Assembly (NCBI RefSeq): GCF_006345805.1
Contig: NC_043006.1
Coordinates: 63,860,001 to 63,924,000, forward strand
DNA: 64,000 bases
Source of the DNA: Octopus sinensis
Lineage: Eukaryota
Reading direction: 5' to 3'
Shown: piece after piece, positions 12,473 to 25,193 of the stretch
Layout: each line of letters starts with the position of its first letter
How positions within the stretch are numbered: position 1 is the stretch's first letter
Made by a program: the position numbers and the translations under genes
The notes under the pieces: generated by a model
What the model saw: only the letters and a program-made list of their open reading frames with translations
Told to the model about the DNA's origin: nothing
Database searches by the model: none

Positions 12473-14086
12473 TCCTCCTGTTGTTGTAATGTAGGCATAG
12501 GACCTATTTTGTGGAACAAAGCAGTCAATTAATTTATCCCCTAGATTTCACTTTCTCAGAATTTATCTTCTCAAACCTGGAAGGATGAAAGGCTAAGTTG
12601 ATCCAAGCAGTGTTTGGAATTTAGAACATACTAAAGAGCTGGAACTATATCTTGTAGGCATTTTATCTGGTGTCTTTGACAATCAAGACTCTTCAATAAC
12701 ATTTTCTGTAATATTCCACAAGGATGATAAATGAGAGGATATTACAAGGACAAGTTACTATGGAGTTTAAATAGTGTTCATAAGTAATGTGATCTCTCAC
12801 TGGAGTCTGTAGGTCATGTGATGTTTTAGTATTTATCATTATTAAGGCAGTAAGCTGGTAGAATCACAAGCATGCAGACAAAATGCTTGGCGACAGTACT
12901 TTCAGCTCTTTACATTCTGAATTCAAATTTCTCTGGAGTGGACTTTGCCTTTCATCCTTTGTGGGTAGTTAAAATAAATACCAGCTGAGCAGTGGGATTG
13001 ATGTAACCGGCCAATCCCACAAAAATTTCAGGCCTTGTGCCTATATTAGAATATTTATCTATAAAGGTGTATTGGTTGGTGGGGAAGGGATCATGCTCAT
13101 AGGAGACACCAGGCTAAATACTCTGCAGTATTTTTAGTTTTGTCAAATCTTGGTTCTGAGTTCTAATCCTTTTAAGTTAACTTTGTTGTTACTAACAACA
13201 TCAGTCATCATAACACAGTAGTAACAACAATAGTAACAACAACAATAGTAGCAGTAGAAGTAACAGAAGCTGCAATCACAACAATCATCATCATCATCAT
13301 CACCAATGCCAGCTTTCAGAAGAAGAAGAAGAAAATGAAAGAAGACATACACACATCCATAAACCAGAGATAACCTACTAACTACTTAAACATTGAGAGA
13401 GAGAGAGATCAATAAATTCATTTACTAGGAGGAATGTGGAGGCTCCAGTTTCTGACATCACCCTTCATTTGTCTGACAGTGAGGCAAGAAAATAAAAGGT
13501 GGACTTGTCCCTTGATCTGAAGGCAAGTAAAGTGTATCTAGCCCAAGAAATAACACCACTTTTTCTCCCTTTTCCTCATTCGGGAACAAACTGCCAGGCA
13601 TGAAACATTAACCCTTCACTTGTTATGGACTGATTTTGTCAACGCTGATCCATCTCTAGTTTCCTTCTATTCTGGCTTTTACTGTACTTAAAAACTTTGA
13701 AATCATATCATGCTGTATCATGCCATATCATAATATTGTTGTATGTGTCCATTTGGTGACCAGCTGACTGACTGACCAAAGTCAGCAGCAGGAATATCTT
13801 AATGTCTTAATTAAAAGTACTGAAGAGAGAAAGCAGGTGGTTTTTTTTTCTTCTTTTTTCCCCCACTTTGTTCTCTTGTAGATGGAACCAGGGCAGACCA
13901 ACATGTGAGTATTCAGTGCTCTGGCCCAGTTCTACCAAGTGCCAGTTAGGACTGTTTGCTGTATACTACCAAACAAAAGACATTGGTTTCAAATTTTGGC
14001 ACAATGCCAGCAATTTTGGGGGAGGGGATGAGTATTAAATTGATGCCAGTGCTCAACTAGTATTTGTTTTAAGAGTTTTCCTTTAT

Positions 14087-14906
14087 GGTCCTTTTTCGAT
14101 ATGACTCGACAAAATCGAAACACTTCAATTCGGCTGTTTCCGTGAAAGCACGTGTCTGTGTCTTGTCAACTGTCAGTTGATGAAATTGGAGGAAGAGAAG
14201 AAAGCTAAAGGGTTGTACATGCATGCTGCTTGTTCTTGTCTGTGCCTGTTCTGTTTTTGTGTTTTTATGTGTTGTGGAATATAGATATAATGAAATTATG
14301 CCCAGCTATGTCTCATTTTAAACTTGAAGAAAAAAAGCCTTGCGTTATTTTCAACATATCTGTTCGAGTTTAGTTGGCGACAATTCAACAGAGACAATGC
14401 TTTTATGAATTTCATAAAATGCATTAGGCAATATTATACTGTCTAATTTAAGCTTCAAGAATGTTTTTTATGAAATTCATAAAATGCGTTGTATAGTCCA
14501 TCCTTTTCTCCATGCATGTTGCAATATTTCTGCTCTTTAGTGGTTAAAAAAAAAAACATGGACTACTATAATTGATTCTCGTTTTCTGCTTGGAAATTTA
14601 CGGATTTTACATTACAGACATGAAGCAGGTAAGAACAAATATGCAAGGTTTTTTTTTCTTCAAGTTTAAAATGAGACATTGCTAGCATAATTTTGTTATA
14701 TCTATATTCCACACCACATATTTACATAAAAACAGAACAGGTACACACACAGACAAGAACAAGCACACACACACATACAACCCATTAGCTTTCTTCTTCT
14801 CCTCCCATTTCGTCAACTGACAGTTGACAAGATACAGACATGTGCTTTCACTGAAACAGCCAAATTGAAGTGTTTTGATTTTGTTGAGTCATATCAAAAG
14901 AATACC
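14087..14906. mobile_element. MITE with ~260 bp TIRs, GG termini and 8-bp TSD
   Basis: Perfect TSD TCCTTTAT at 14079-14086 and 14907-14914. Long inverted arms at ~14087-14350 and ~14640-14906. Confidence 0.85.
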
Positions 14907-15709
14907 TCCTTTATTCCCAAGCCAGCTCTAGACCTGCTGAACAAGCTTTAAATTGTGCTTGGCTCAGAGATATTGATCCTGCTAAAAGTTGTGATGAAAG
15001 AGTACAGCAGGGTCAGCACCGACCCCTTGCCGAAGCCTTGTGGAGCTTTGTTTTCACTCAATAAACACTCACAACGCTCATCTGGGAATCGAAACCGTGA
15101 GTTTGCTGCCCTAACCACTGGGCCATTGCACCTCCACATATAGATATATATGAAGCATGATTTGTTCGTGATCAGAAGCATTCGTAAACTGAGGTACTAC
15201 TGTATTAAATAAATTTGAGAAAGACAAGAGGTAAAGTATGATTTATTCGTGACCAGAGTTGTTCAAAAACTGAGGTTCTACTGTAATTTCAACATGGCAT
15301 GGTAGGTGGGGTTTGGGGAGAACTAGAAGAGGTAAACCACCATAGGATGGGCATAGGGAGGGGGGAATGGAGAGGAAGTCATATATTTGGACCATGCATG
15401 TCAGACCAGATCTGGAGTACACCAAAATAATGGTGGTCAGAAGGGTTTTCACTTTTTGACTGTTGAGTAACAGCAATTCAAAATCTTATGTTTATCAATA
15501 AAATTCTATTTAGAAACTTACTATTTTTAAATCTCACAACATGAGATATTCAACAACAGTACTTTATAGTAAAGATTGTTTGCCAACATAACATGGTAGT
15601 CCTGGTCTAGGACAAATGTTGCTGTAATTTATCCTCAGAAGACATCATCATATAGCCATCACAGTCAATCAGGAAATGATGGATTCTGTTATAGTTTGGA
15701 TTTAATCTT

Positions 15710-16100
15710 TTATTCTTTTATTTGTTTTAATCATTTGACTGCGGCCATGCTGGAGCACCGCTTTTAGTCAAACAAATCAACCCCAGGACTTATTCTTTGT
15801 AAGCCTAATACTTATTCTATCGGTCTCTTTTGCCAAACTGCTAAGTTACAGGGATGTAAACACACCAACATCAGTTGTCAAGCGATGCTGTGGGGACAAA
15901 CACAGACACACAAACATATACATATAGATATATATATGACAGGCTTCTTTCAGTTTCCGTCAACTAAATCAATTCACAAGGCTTTGGTTGGCCTGATGCT
16001 ATGGTAGAAGACACTTCCCCAAAGTTCCACGCAGTGGGACTGAACCCAGAACCATGTGGTTGGTAAGCAAGCTTCTTACCACACAGCCACTCCTGCGTTT
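15710..16100 (-). mobile_element. tRNA-derived SINE, most abundant family
   Basis: Reverse complement of the 8268-8670 family, head to tail. Confidence 0.8.
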
Positions 16101-16254
16101 GTATAAAAATCTTATATTTTTATTTGGTAATGGGGATAGTTGCAGTAATATGACAAAAGTTTTATGCTTGCATAGACCCAAATTATATAAATAAAATTTA
16201 AAACATACAGATATTAAATTAAAACACACACATATATACACAGGTACAATAAAC

Positions 16255-17225
16255 ACTGAAAATGTACAGAAAAGAGATTCCATCAACTGCCAGGTGGGTA
16301 AGCTAGAGGTAGTAGGTAGCTTCATTATCCAAATGACCAAGTTAGTAGTGGAGCTGGATGCTCTGAGAGCGTTGCTGTGAGAATAAGAATAGGCTGGGCA
16401 AAGTTCAGAAAGCTCCTATCTTGGCTGGCAACAAAGGTAGATTGTATGATAACTGTGTGTGAACAGCTATGCTACACAGCAGTGAAACATGGGCTGTGAC
16501 TACAGAGGACATTCATAGGTTTCAAAGAAATGAAGCTAGTTTGCTTCATTGGAGTGCAATGTCAGTGTGCATATACGACAGAGTGTAAGCATCTTGAGAG
16601 AAAAGTTTGTCATAAGAGGCATCAGATGTGATGTGCAAGAGAGATGACTGCACTGGTATGGTCATGTGATGTGTATGGACAGCTGTGTAAAGAAATGCTG
16701 ATCGCTAACTGTGGAGGAAACCTGTGGTAGAGGTAGACCCAGGAATACATGGGACAAGGTGGTGAAGTATGATCTTCGAACTTTGGGCCTCAAAGAGGCA
16801 ATGACTTGTGACTGAGACCTTTGGTTATATGCTGTGCTTAAGAAGACCCATCAATCCGAGTGAAATCACAGTTGTGGCCGATACTGGTGTCACGCAAATG
16901 GCACCCATACTGGTGGCACATGAAAAACTCCTTTTGAGTGTTGAGCCTCACGCAAGCAATGACGAATGACCGAGACCTTTGGCATTATGCCATGGTTGAG
17001 AAGAAGATCCAGTCATGGCAGATACTGATGTCATCCAAATGGGACCCCTGTCAGTGGCATATAAATACACCTGTTACACTCTCAGAGTGGTTAGTGTTAG
17101 GAAGGGCATCCATCTGTAGAAACCATGCCAAATCAGACTGGCATCTGGTGCAGCCTTCCACCTTGCCAGCCCTGGTCAAACTGTCCGACCCATGCCAGCA
17201 TGGACAACAGACATTAAATGAATGA
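16255..17225 (+). mobile_element. Degenerate 5'-truncated RTE LINE (RT C-terminus plus 3' UTR)
   Basis: Decayed equivalents of LEVV-SF, RIRIGW-KFR, SETWAVT, RL-WYGHV and RGRPR, with many stops and frameshifts. Confidence 0.8.
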
Positions 17226-17609
17226 ATATATATATATATGCCATGATAGATCGTTAGCTCCTACACGCATTTTTTCTCTCCTTTTTTTTCCTGTGTATCT
17301 TTCTGTCGAAAAGCGTAGGCTCAAAACGTAAAAGACTTGTTCTATTTCTATTCCTGAGCACCATAGTAATATATTTGTTTGTTTGTACTTCACCTGCCTT
17401 CGTCTTTTGTTTATTTTCGTAAACTTTCCCGTTATATATATATATATATATACACGGGGGTGGTTGGTGTTAGGAAGGACATCCAGCCATAAAAACCATG
17501 CCAAAACAAACACTAAGCCTGGTGCAGTCTTCTGCTTGGCCAACTCCTATCAAACCATCCAACCCATGCCAGCATGGAAAGCAGACGTTAAATGAGGATG
17601 ATATCATCA

Positions 17610-18240
17610 TCATCATCATCATCGGTTGACTTCTGCTTTCCATGCTGGCATTGGTTGGACAGTTTGACTGAGGACTGGCGAGCCAGATGGCTGTACCAGG
17701 CTCCAATCCGATCTGGCAGAATTTCTAGAGCTCGATGCCCTTCCTAACGCCAACCACTCCGAGAGTGTAGTGGGTGCTTTTACGTACCACCGTCATGAGG
17801 GCCAGTCAAGCAGTACTGGCAAAGGCCATGCTCAAATGGTGTTTTTTACGTGCCACCTGCACAGGAGCCAGTCCAGCGGCACTGGCAACAACCTTGCTCG
17901 AATGTTGCTTTTCACATGCCACCGGCACAGGTGCCAGTAAGGCAATGCTGGTAACGATCACACTCAAATGGTGCTTCTTGTGTGCCACCGGCACGGGAGC
18001 CAGTCAGTGACCCTGGCAACAATCACACTCGGATGGTGCTCTTAACATTCCACTAGCATGGATGCCAGTCATGCGGTACTGTCATCAAATTTGATTTCAA
18101 TTTCATTTGCCTCAACAGGTCTTCACAAGCAGAGTTTAGTGTCCAATGAAGGAAAGGTACATGTAAGTGGACTGGTTACACCACTGGCATAGGCCACGGG
18201 TTATGGTCTTACCTGGCTTGTCGGGTCTTCTCAAGCACAG
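17610..18240 (-). mobile_element. RTE-LINE 3' UTR fragment
   Basis: (ATC)n start followed by the reverse complement of the RTE 3' UTR, including internal GTGCCACCGGCAC sub-repeats. Confidence 0.75.
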
Positions 18241-18248
18241 CATATCTA

Positions 18249-18281
<33 letters not shown>

Positions 18282-19068
18282 CTCAAACTCTTTTACTTAT
18301 TTCAGTCGTTTGACTGTGCCCATGCTGGAGTACCACCATTTGTCAAGCAAATGCTGGAGCACCTCTTTTAGTCAACCCCAGGACTTATTCTGTGTAAGCC
18401 TAGTACTTATTCTATCGGTCTCTTTTGCCGAACTGCTAAGTTACAGAGACGTATACACACCAGCATCGGTTGTCAGGCAATTTTGAGGGAATAAACACAG
18501 ACACACAAACCCACACACATATATGTACGATGAGCTTCTTTCAGTTTCCGTCTATCAAATCCACTCACAAGGCTTTGGTCAGCCTGAAGCTATAGTAGAA
18601 GACACTTGCCCAAGGTGCCATGCAGTGAGACCGAACCCAGAACCAAGTGGTTCATATATATGTATATATATGTATATATATATATATATAAGAACGCAAG
18701 TGGAGTTGAGTTTAAACATTCAAAACATTTGTTTCAGCATAATCTTTTTATTGATAAATAATTTTATCATTACAATTACATTATGAAAAACACCCACTAT
18801 CATGAGGTGATTTTAAACATAGATAGGATAAGAAAATCTAAACCAACCCACTTTTCGAAGCCATTAACAATGCGAGTAAGTGGTGCAAAAAAAAATAAAA
18901 CACAAAGATGAGATTAAAATAAACAAACAGTGGGAAATAGCTTGGGAAAGAATGTTTTTTTACATTTCAAGCAGTCACTCTTCTTTTGAAAGCTAGAACA
19001 GACATGGAGAGAAAAGAGCAGAAAATGTAAAATGGAGAAATAGAAACTCATGTTTATGCAACTATCAC

Positions 19069-19071
<3 letters not shown>

Positions 19072-19161
<90 letters not shown>

Positions 19162-19190
19162 ATGTATATATATATATATATATACATAAA
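19072..19190. repeat. Compound (AT)n(GT)n(AT)n microsatellite
   Basis: Read directly from the sequence. Confidence 0.95.
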
Positions 19191-19670
19191 CATATATACG
19201 TCGCTAAAGTGAAGAAGGGCACTAATGAGCACCAGCATTGCTAGAAATAAGAGTCAAAACAGCTCAATAGCCACAGAAACACTGTCTTAATGAGCTGACA
19301 AGGGAGACAAACTCCCTACGTTTGCAGACAGAGCTAGATCACCAATGATTTCACATTTTGATGCTTAAAGCTCATCAGTGGCTCTCACCATGCCTGAGGT
19401 TAAACTCATTTTACTTTGTCAGCTTATAAGATTTCAATGGAATGATTATATATATGTATATATATATTTTGCTACATGGACACTATTTCGTTTTGCAACC
19501 ATAATGTACTACCTAATATGTTACAGATTTACAAGTCAATACTGTATTTTACTTGGTGTTAGCAGTGCAATATTCTCTCTTGGAAGTTTATAGATTTTCT
19601 ATAGAATTCAAAGCCAGCACTGCAAGTTATGTTTTGTATACAGATATGTCTACGTAAACTGTATGACTGA

Positions 19671-21056
19671 TATGCTGATGACCTTGCTCTTATAGCAGAA
19701 TTGGAGAAGGAATTTCATGTATGGAGGCAAAACCTGAAATCAAAGGGCCTTAAAGTTAATCTAGTGAAGACCAAAGTTGCTGTTAGCAAGAAAACTCTCT
19801 TTCTGTTGGGTAAACGGCCATGCTCAGTATGTAGGAAGAATTGTTGGAAGAAATTCCATTCTTCGCACCCAGTAGAAGTTATAGGCACAAGAGGTACAGT
19901 GAAACCACAGGTAGGTTAACAGAGAAAGTTTGCTTCAGATTTGCAGGAACAATGAGCACTAAGGACCCATGGAAATTAGACTCTCTCGAGGTTGTAGATA
20001 GTTTCTGTTACCTAGGTGACCAAATTAGCAGTGATGAAAGATACTCAGAAAGTATTGTTGCTAGAATAAGAATAGGATGGAGGAAGTGCAGACAGCTATT
20101 ACCTCTGCTGACAACAAAATGACTCTCTCTCAGAGTGAAAGGCAGACTGTATGAGGTTTGTCTACTAACAGTATACTCCATGGTAGTGAGACATGGGCTC
20201 TGAATGCAGAGGATATGAGTAGACTACAGAGCAATGAAGTTAGTGTGCTTGTACAACAAAGTGCAAATGTGCCGAGAGAAAAGTTAGGTGTAAGAGGAAT
20301 CAGATGCAGTATGCGAGAGAGAAGATTATGTTGGTTTGGACATGTGATGCATATAAATGAAGACAGTTGTATAAAGAAGTACTGATCACTGAAATTGGAT
20401 GGCACCTGTGAAAGAAGGAGACCCAGGAAGACATGGAATGAAGTACCTTGAGAGTATACCCTCGTACATCACCATCTTCTCTCTTGCTCCCTCTCACTTT
20501 TGCTCTCTCTCTCTCTCTTCCTCTAACTGGGGTAACCATGTATCTTCTCTGCAGCAAGACACTTGCCCCTGTCCCTCTGTCACACTCTAACCCCTCATCA
20601 CTTGGCACAAAGCCATCTCCTTCAACACCTACCCCCTCTGAAAGGATCTTGTCTTGCAAGTTACTTGGTGACCTTGTTAGTGTAGGTGTCACAAAAAAAT
20701 CATCCAGTCCACTCTGTAAAGTGGTTGGCATTAGGAAGGGCAGCCACCATGTGCCGGTGGCACATAAAAAGCACCATCTGAACATGGCCGATGCCAGCAC
20801 CGCCTTGACTGTCTTCCATGCTGGTGACATGTAAAAATCACCAACCAATCGTGGCTGTTGCCAGCCACCTCTGGCCCCTGTGCTGGTGGCACGTAAAAAG
20901 CACCCACAGAGTGGTTGGCATTAGGAAGGGTATCCAGCTGTAGAAACACTGCCAGATCAAACTGGAGCCTGGTGCAGCCTCCTGGCTTCCCAGACCCTGG
21001 TCGAACCATCCAACCCATGCTAGCATGGAAAACGGATGTTAAACGATAATGATGAT
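19671..21056 (+). mobile_element. Degenerate RTE LINE fragment (YADD to 3' tail), interrupted
   Basis: YADDLALIAE at 19671, then KGLKVN..KTK, LEVVDSFCYLGDQIS and SETWAL. The 3' tail resumes at ~20650. Confidence 0.8.
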
Positions 21057-24000
21057 TTACTGATCAGACAGGAAATTTTCTTATATATTCTAGCAAAGAC
21101 AGTTTGAACTTTATATCTCCAGTAAAGCTGAAATAGTATTTTCTTTCTTTAAAACTGTTTCCTTTTGAAAATAAATCTAAATTTTTAAGTTATACTATCT
21201 GAAATAAAGTTCTTTTCCAAATATTGGTTTCAAATTTTGGCACAAGGCCTGGAAAACTAGGGGAACAGGGCTTGTTGATTATATAGTGGGCCCCATGTTC
21301 CACTGGTTCTTATTTTTATGAACCCTGAAAAAATAAAAGGTAAAGCTGACCGTACTAGAATTTGAACTCAGAACATTAAAATGGACAAAATGCTACTAAG
21401 CATTTTCCCCAGCATGCTAATGATTCTGCCAGCTCGCTGTTTTAGTCTGTCTAGATATTAACCATAAAAGTCATTTACAAATTGAAAAGTTAAAAAAAGA
21501 AAATGATTAAAAAGACTGTTTTGTATCTAAAATCACTTTGGGAATGCGATCACATGATCGATCAGACTATTGAATGTTGTTATACATCACTGGTCACAAT
21601 GCGCTTTGCATCGTTTTAGCTTTAGATCTAATATCCTCCCTAACCAGAAAGCTTGTATGTTGCAGTGTTACTCATTTACAGCTGAGTGGACTGGACCAAC
21701 GTGAAATTAAGTGTTTTGCTTCTGAACACAATGCACTGCTTGGTCTTGGAATTCTACCCACAGTCTTGCAAACATCTATTTTGTGAATGTAAGAAGAAAT
21801 AGGAAGGAAAAAAAGCTTTGTAGGTACCGCTATGGTTTTGTTCCGAAGAAGCTCGTATTGCAAGCCATGCGGTTTCAGGTTCAGTCCCACTACATGGCAT
21901 CTTAGGCAAGTATCTTCTACAATAACCGTAGACTAACTAATGCCTTTTTTTATTTTTGTTTGTCATTTGACTGCGGCCATGCTGGAGCACCACCTTTAGT
22001 TGAACAAATCAACCACTGGACTTATTCTTTGTAAGCCTAGTACTTATTCTATCAGTGTCTTTTGTCGAGCTGCTAAGTTACAGGGATGTAAACACACCAA
22101 CATCAGTTGTCAAGCAATGATGGTAGGGACAAACACAGATACACACATATATATATATATATATATATGTGTATACAATGGGCTTCTTTCAGTTTCCATC
22201 TACCAAATCCACTCACAAGGTTTTGTGACATTTGCCCAAGGTGTTACTGAACCTGGAACCATGTGGTTGGGAAGTAAGCTTCTTACCACACAGCCACTCC
22301 TGCCAGATGGCAACTGTGTGAAGGCCAATAGAAATACACACACACATTCTGTTGTGCCTTGGTTTATGAATACCACTTTTCACAAACAAATCGGTTTATG
22401 AATAATTTTTCAAACATAAAATGTCTCAGGTGACAAACATTGCCTGAGTAATGAACACACAAGCTGACAACAGTGACTGGTGACAAGCTGGGATTATCAG
22501 CAGGAATGTGTCAGTTGCTGTCTAGCTTTTGCTTGGTGCATACATATCCCTGCTTGGCCTTGCCATGCTTTCTTCTCAAGGAGAAATAGTTTCAGGTTAT
22601 GAACATGTCAGATAATGAAAGGCCTTCGTTCCACCTGTCATTGCTTGGCAACCAGTTTTGATCTGTTTACACACCTGTAACTTAGATTTTGGGCAAAGAG
22701 ACCAATTCAACAAGTACATCAGCAGTATCATTTAACATCCGTTTTCCATGCTGGCATGGGTTGAACAGCAAGGCCAGGGTCCACACCAAGATCCATTGTC
22801 AGTTTTGGCAAAATCTCTACATCTGGATGCCCTTCCAAATGCCAACCACTTTACAGAGTGTACTGGGTGCTTTTTATGTGGAACTAGTGGCACCAAACTT
22901 AAAAATAAGTCCTGGGGGTTGATTAGTTTAACCCCTCCAAAGCAGTGCTTCTGTATGGCTGTAGTCCAGTGACTGAAACAAGTAAAAGATAAAAGATTTA
23001 AAACATTTATTACAGCAATAAATCTTAAGAAATGATAGACCTGGTTGTAAAGTTTAAAAGTTTGCTTTACAACCATGTTGATTCAAGTTCAATCCCATAA
23101 TGCAGCAGCTTGGGCCAAAGGAAAAGAAGCCTGTTGTATATATATATATGTATTTATGTGTGCATGCTTATATGTATGAATTAATGTGTCTATGTATGTA
23201 TGAATGCATGTGTGCATATATATATATACATCAATTAATGCGTGTGTGTGTGTGAGAGAGTATTAATATGTGTGTATGCTTGTATGTATGAGTGTACTAT
23301 GAATGTATGTGTGTATACGTGTATTTTTGAATTATGTATGAGTGTATGCCTGTGTGTGTGTGTCTCCTTGTTTTTTAAATCTAAAATCAAGCTTCTCTGT
23401 CATACAGTGAATGTTATACACAACCGTCATATAAGCACCGATTGCTTGCAATCTTTTGTGAAAACATTCAAATTAATGAAAAATATTTCCTCGCTTGGAA
23501 ACAGGTGAAAATTGGTAACAAAATTATTCCAAAAGGTATTCAGTACCTCAACGAATCTCATTCTATCCATGAAAGCATGGAAAAAGCATACAAATATATT
23601 AGTGCACACACATGTATTGGATTTATAAGTATACACACATGTATGTATATATATATATATAGCAGTTCAGCAAAACAGACCGATAGAATAAATACTAGGC
23701 TTACAAAGAATAAGTCCTGGGGTCAATTTGTTCGACTAAAGGCAGTGCTCCAGCATGGTCAGTCAAGTAAAAAAATTTATATATACACATATATATACAT
23801 ACATATGCACATATATATATACATATACTTATATATATACACGCACACACATATGTATATGTGTATATATATATATATATACACACATACATATATATAT
23901 GTATGATCCATTCTTGTTGCTTATTTTTTGGTTTACATATATATATATATATATATACATACACACACGACAGTCTTCCACAGTTTCTGTCTACCAAATC

Positions 24001-24490
24001 CCCTCTCAAGGCTTGGATCAGGCTAAAATAGAAGACGCTTGCTCAAGGTACAACGCAGTAGGACTGAACCCGAAACCATGTGGTTGGGAAGCAAACTTGT
24101 GGTCACATAGTCACACCACTACCTATACATATCTCTTTATAATATATATATACATACAAGCACGCGCGCCAAGTTAGAGATGCGTAAAACGCAAGACGAA
24201 GATAACAAAAAAAAACACAAAGGAAGTAAGGGGTGGGAGGGAAGAAGGCGGCAGAGGAATTGAGTTGTGCATTAATTAAATAAGATAGTTGTGTCTCTCA
24301 GTAATAACATTTGCCGCAACCACCATCATGTCGAACAAAGAGAGAGAGAGAATACAAGAGAAAGTACTGTAGCAGTTCCAACAGCTAGAATAATTTTACA
24401 TGCTGACTGACATCAATAAGGCGGGACTAATGTTTGTAGTATCAGACGTGTTTCAATAGATGGTCGTAGCCGAATAGTCTATTAGCATCT

Positions 24491-24664
24491 CTGATTGGTT
24501 AAAATGTTTCTCAGTATGAGCCTTCACTTTGTGAACGCTATATGAATAAGCACGGTCGATGCTTCCTCGCGCTATACAAGCCGTGGCGTCTAAGCTGCAC
24601 ACTGATTGGTTAAAATTGCTTTTGTAAGCGTCAGTCGGCTGGAGCCTATCGGAAGGTATTTAAA
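24491..24664 (+). promoter_or_regulatory. H2A promoter
   Basis: Two copies of CTGATTGGTTAAAAT (inverted CCAAT) at ~24491 and ~24602, CTGGAGCCTA at 24639-24648 and TATA-like TATTTAAA at 24657-24664. Confidence 0.65.
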
Positions 24665-24725
24665 GGAAAATTTCAGCCATTTTACTACAGTTGTTAATTG
24701 AGAAACACCGTAGCTAAACCAAAAT

Positions 24726-25103
24726 ATGTCAGGACGTGGTAAAGGAGGTAAAGTGAAGGGAAAGAGCAAGACCCGGTCGTCTCGTGCCGGACTTCAGTTT
24801 CCAGTCGGCAGGATCCATCGTCTACTCCGCAAGGGTAACTACGCCCAGCGTGTTGGTGCCGGTGCCCCAGTCTACCTGGCTGCCGTGATGGAGTACTTGG
24901 CCGCAGAAGTGTTGGAATTGGCAGGTAATGCTGCCAGGGACAACAAGAAGTCTCGAATCATCCCCCGTCACTTGCAGTTGGCTATCCGCAACGACGAGGA
25001 ATTAAATAAACTCCTGTCTGGAGTGACCATTGCCCAGGGAGGTGTCTTGCCCAACATCCAGGCCGTCCTTCTACCAAAGAAGACACAGAAGGCTGCCAAG
25101 TAA
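24726..25103 (+). CDS. H2A: Histone H2A, canonical, intronless
   Basis: 125 aa containing [47 protein letters not shown] and [21 protein letters not shown]. Confidence 0.99.
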   Translation: MSGRGKGGKVKGKSKTRSSRAGLQFPVGRIHRLLRKGNYAQRVGAGAPVYLAAVMEYLAAEVLELAGNAARDNKKSRIIPRHLQLAIRNDEELNKLLSGVTIAQGGVLPNIQAVLLPKKTQKAAK

Positions 25104-25177
25104 AAAAAAAAAAGAAATGGAGAAAAAGAAACGAGTCGTGGCACCAATCTTGCTGTTAAAGCATCAATCAATCCAAC

Positions 25178-25193
25178 GGCCCTTCTAAGGGCC
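25178..25193 (+). terminator. Histone 3' stem-loop of H2A
   Basis: AAC-GGCCCT-TCTA-AGGGCC-ACCCA, matching the SLBP-binding consensus (UYUN loop). Confidence 0.95.

Noticed and set aside
22427-22441. 15-mer TCAGGTGACAAACAT repeated at ~60514
   Set aside because: Several such 15-mer matches are expected by chance in 64 kb of AT-rich DNA.
25184-25187. TCTA loop of the H2A stem-loop as a defect
   Set aside because: It fits the UYUN loop consensus, with U at positions 1 and 3 preserved.
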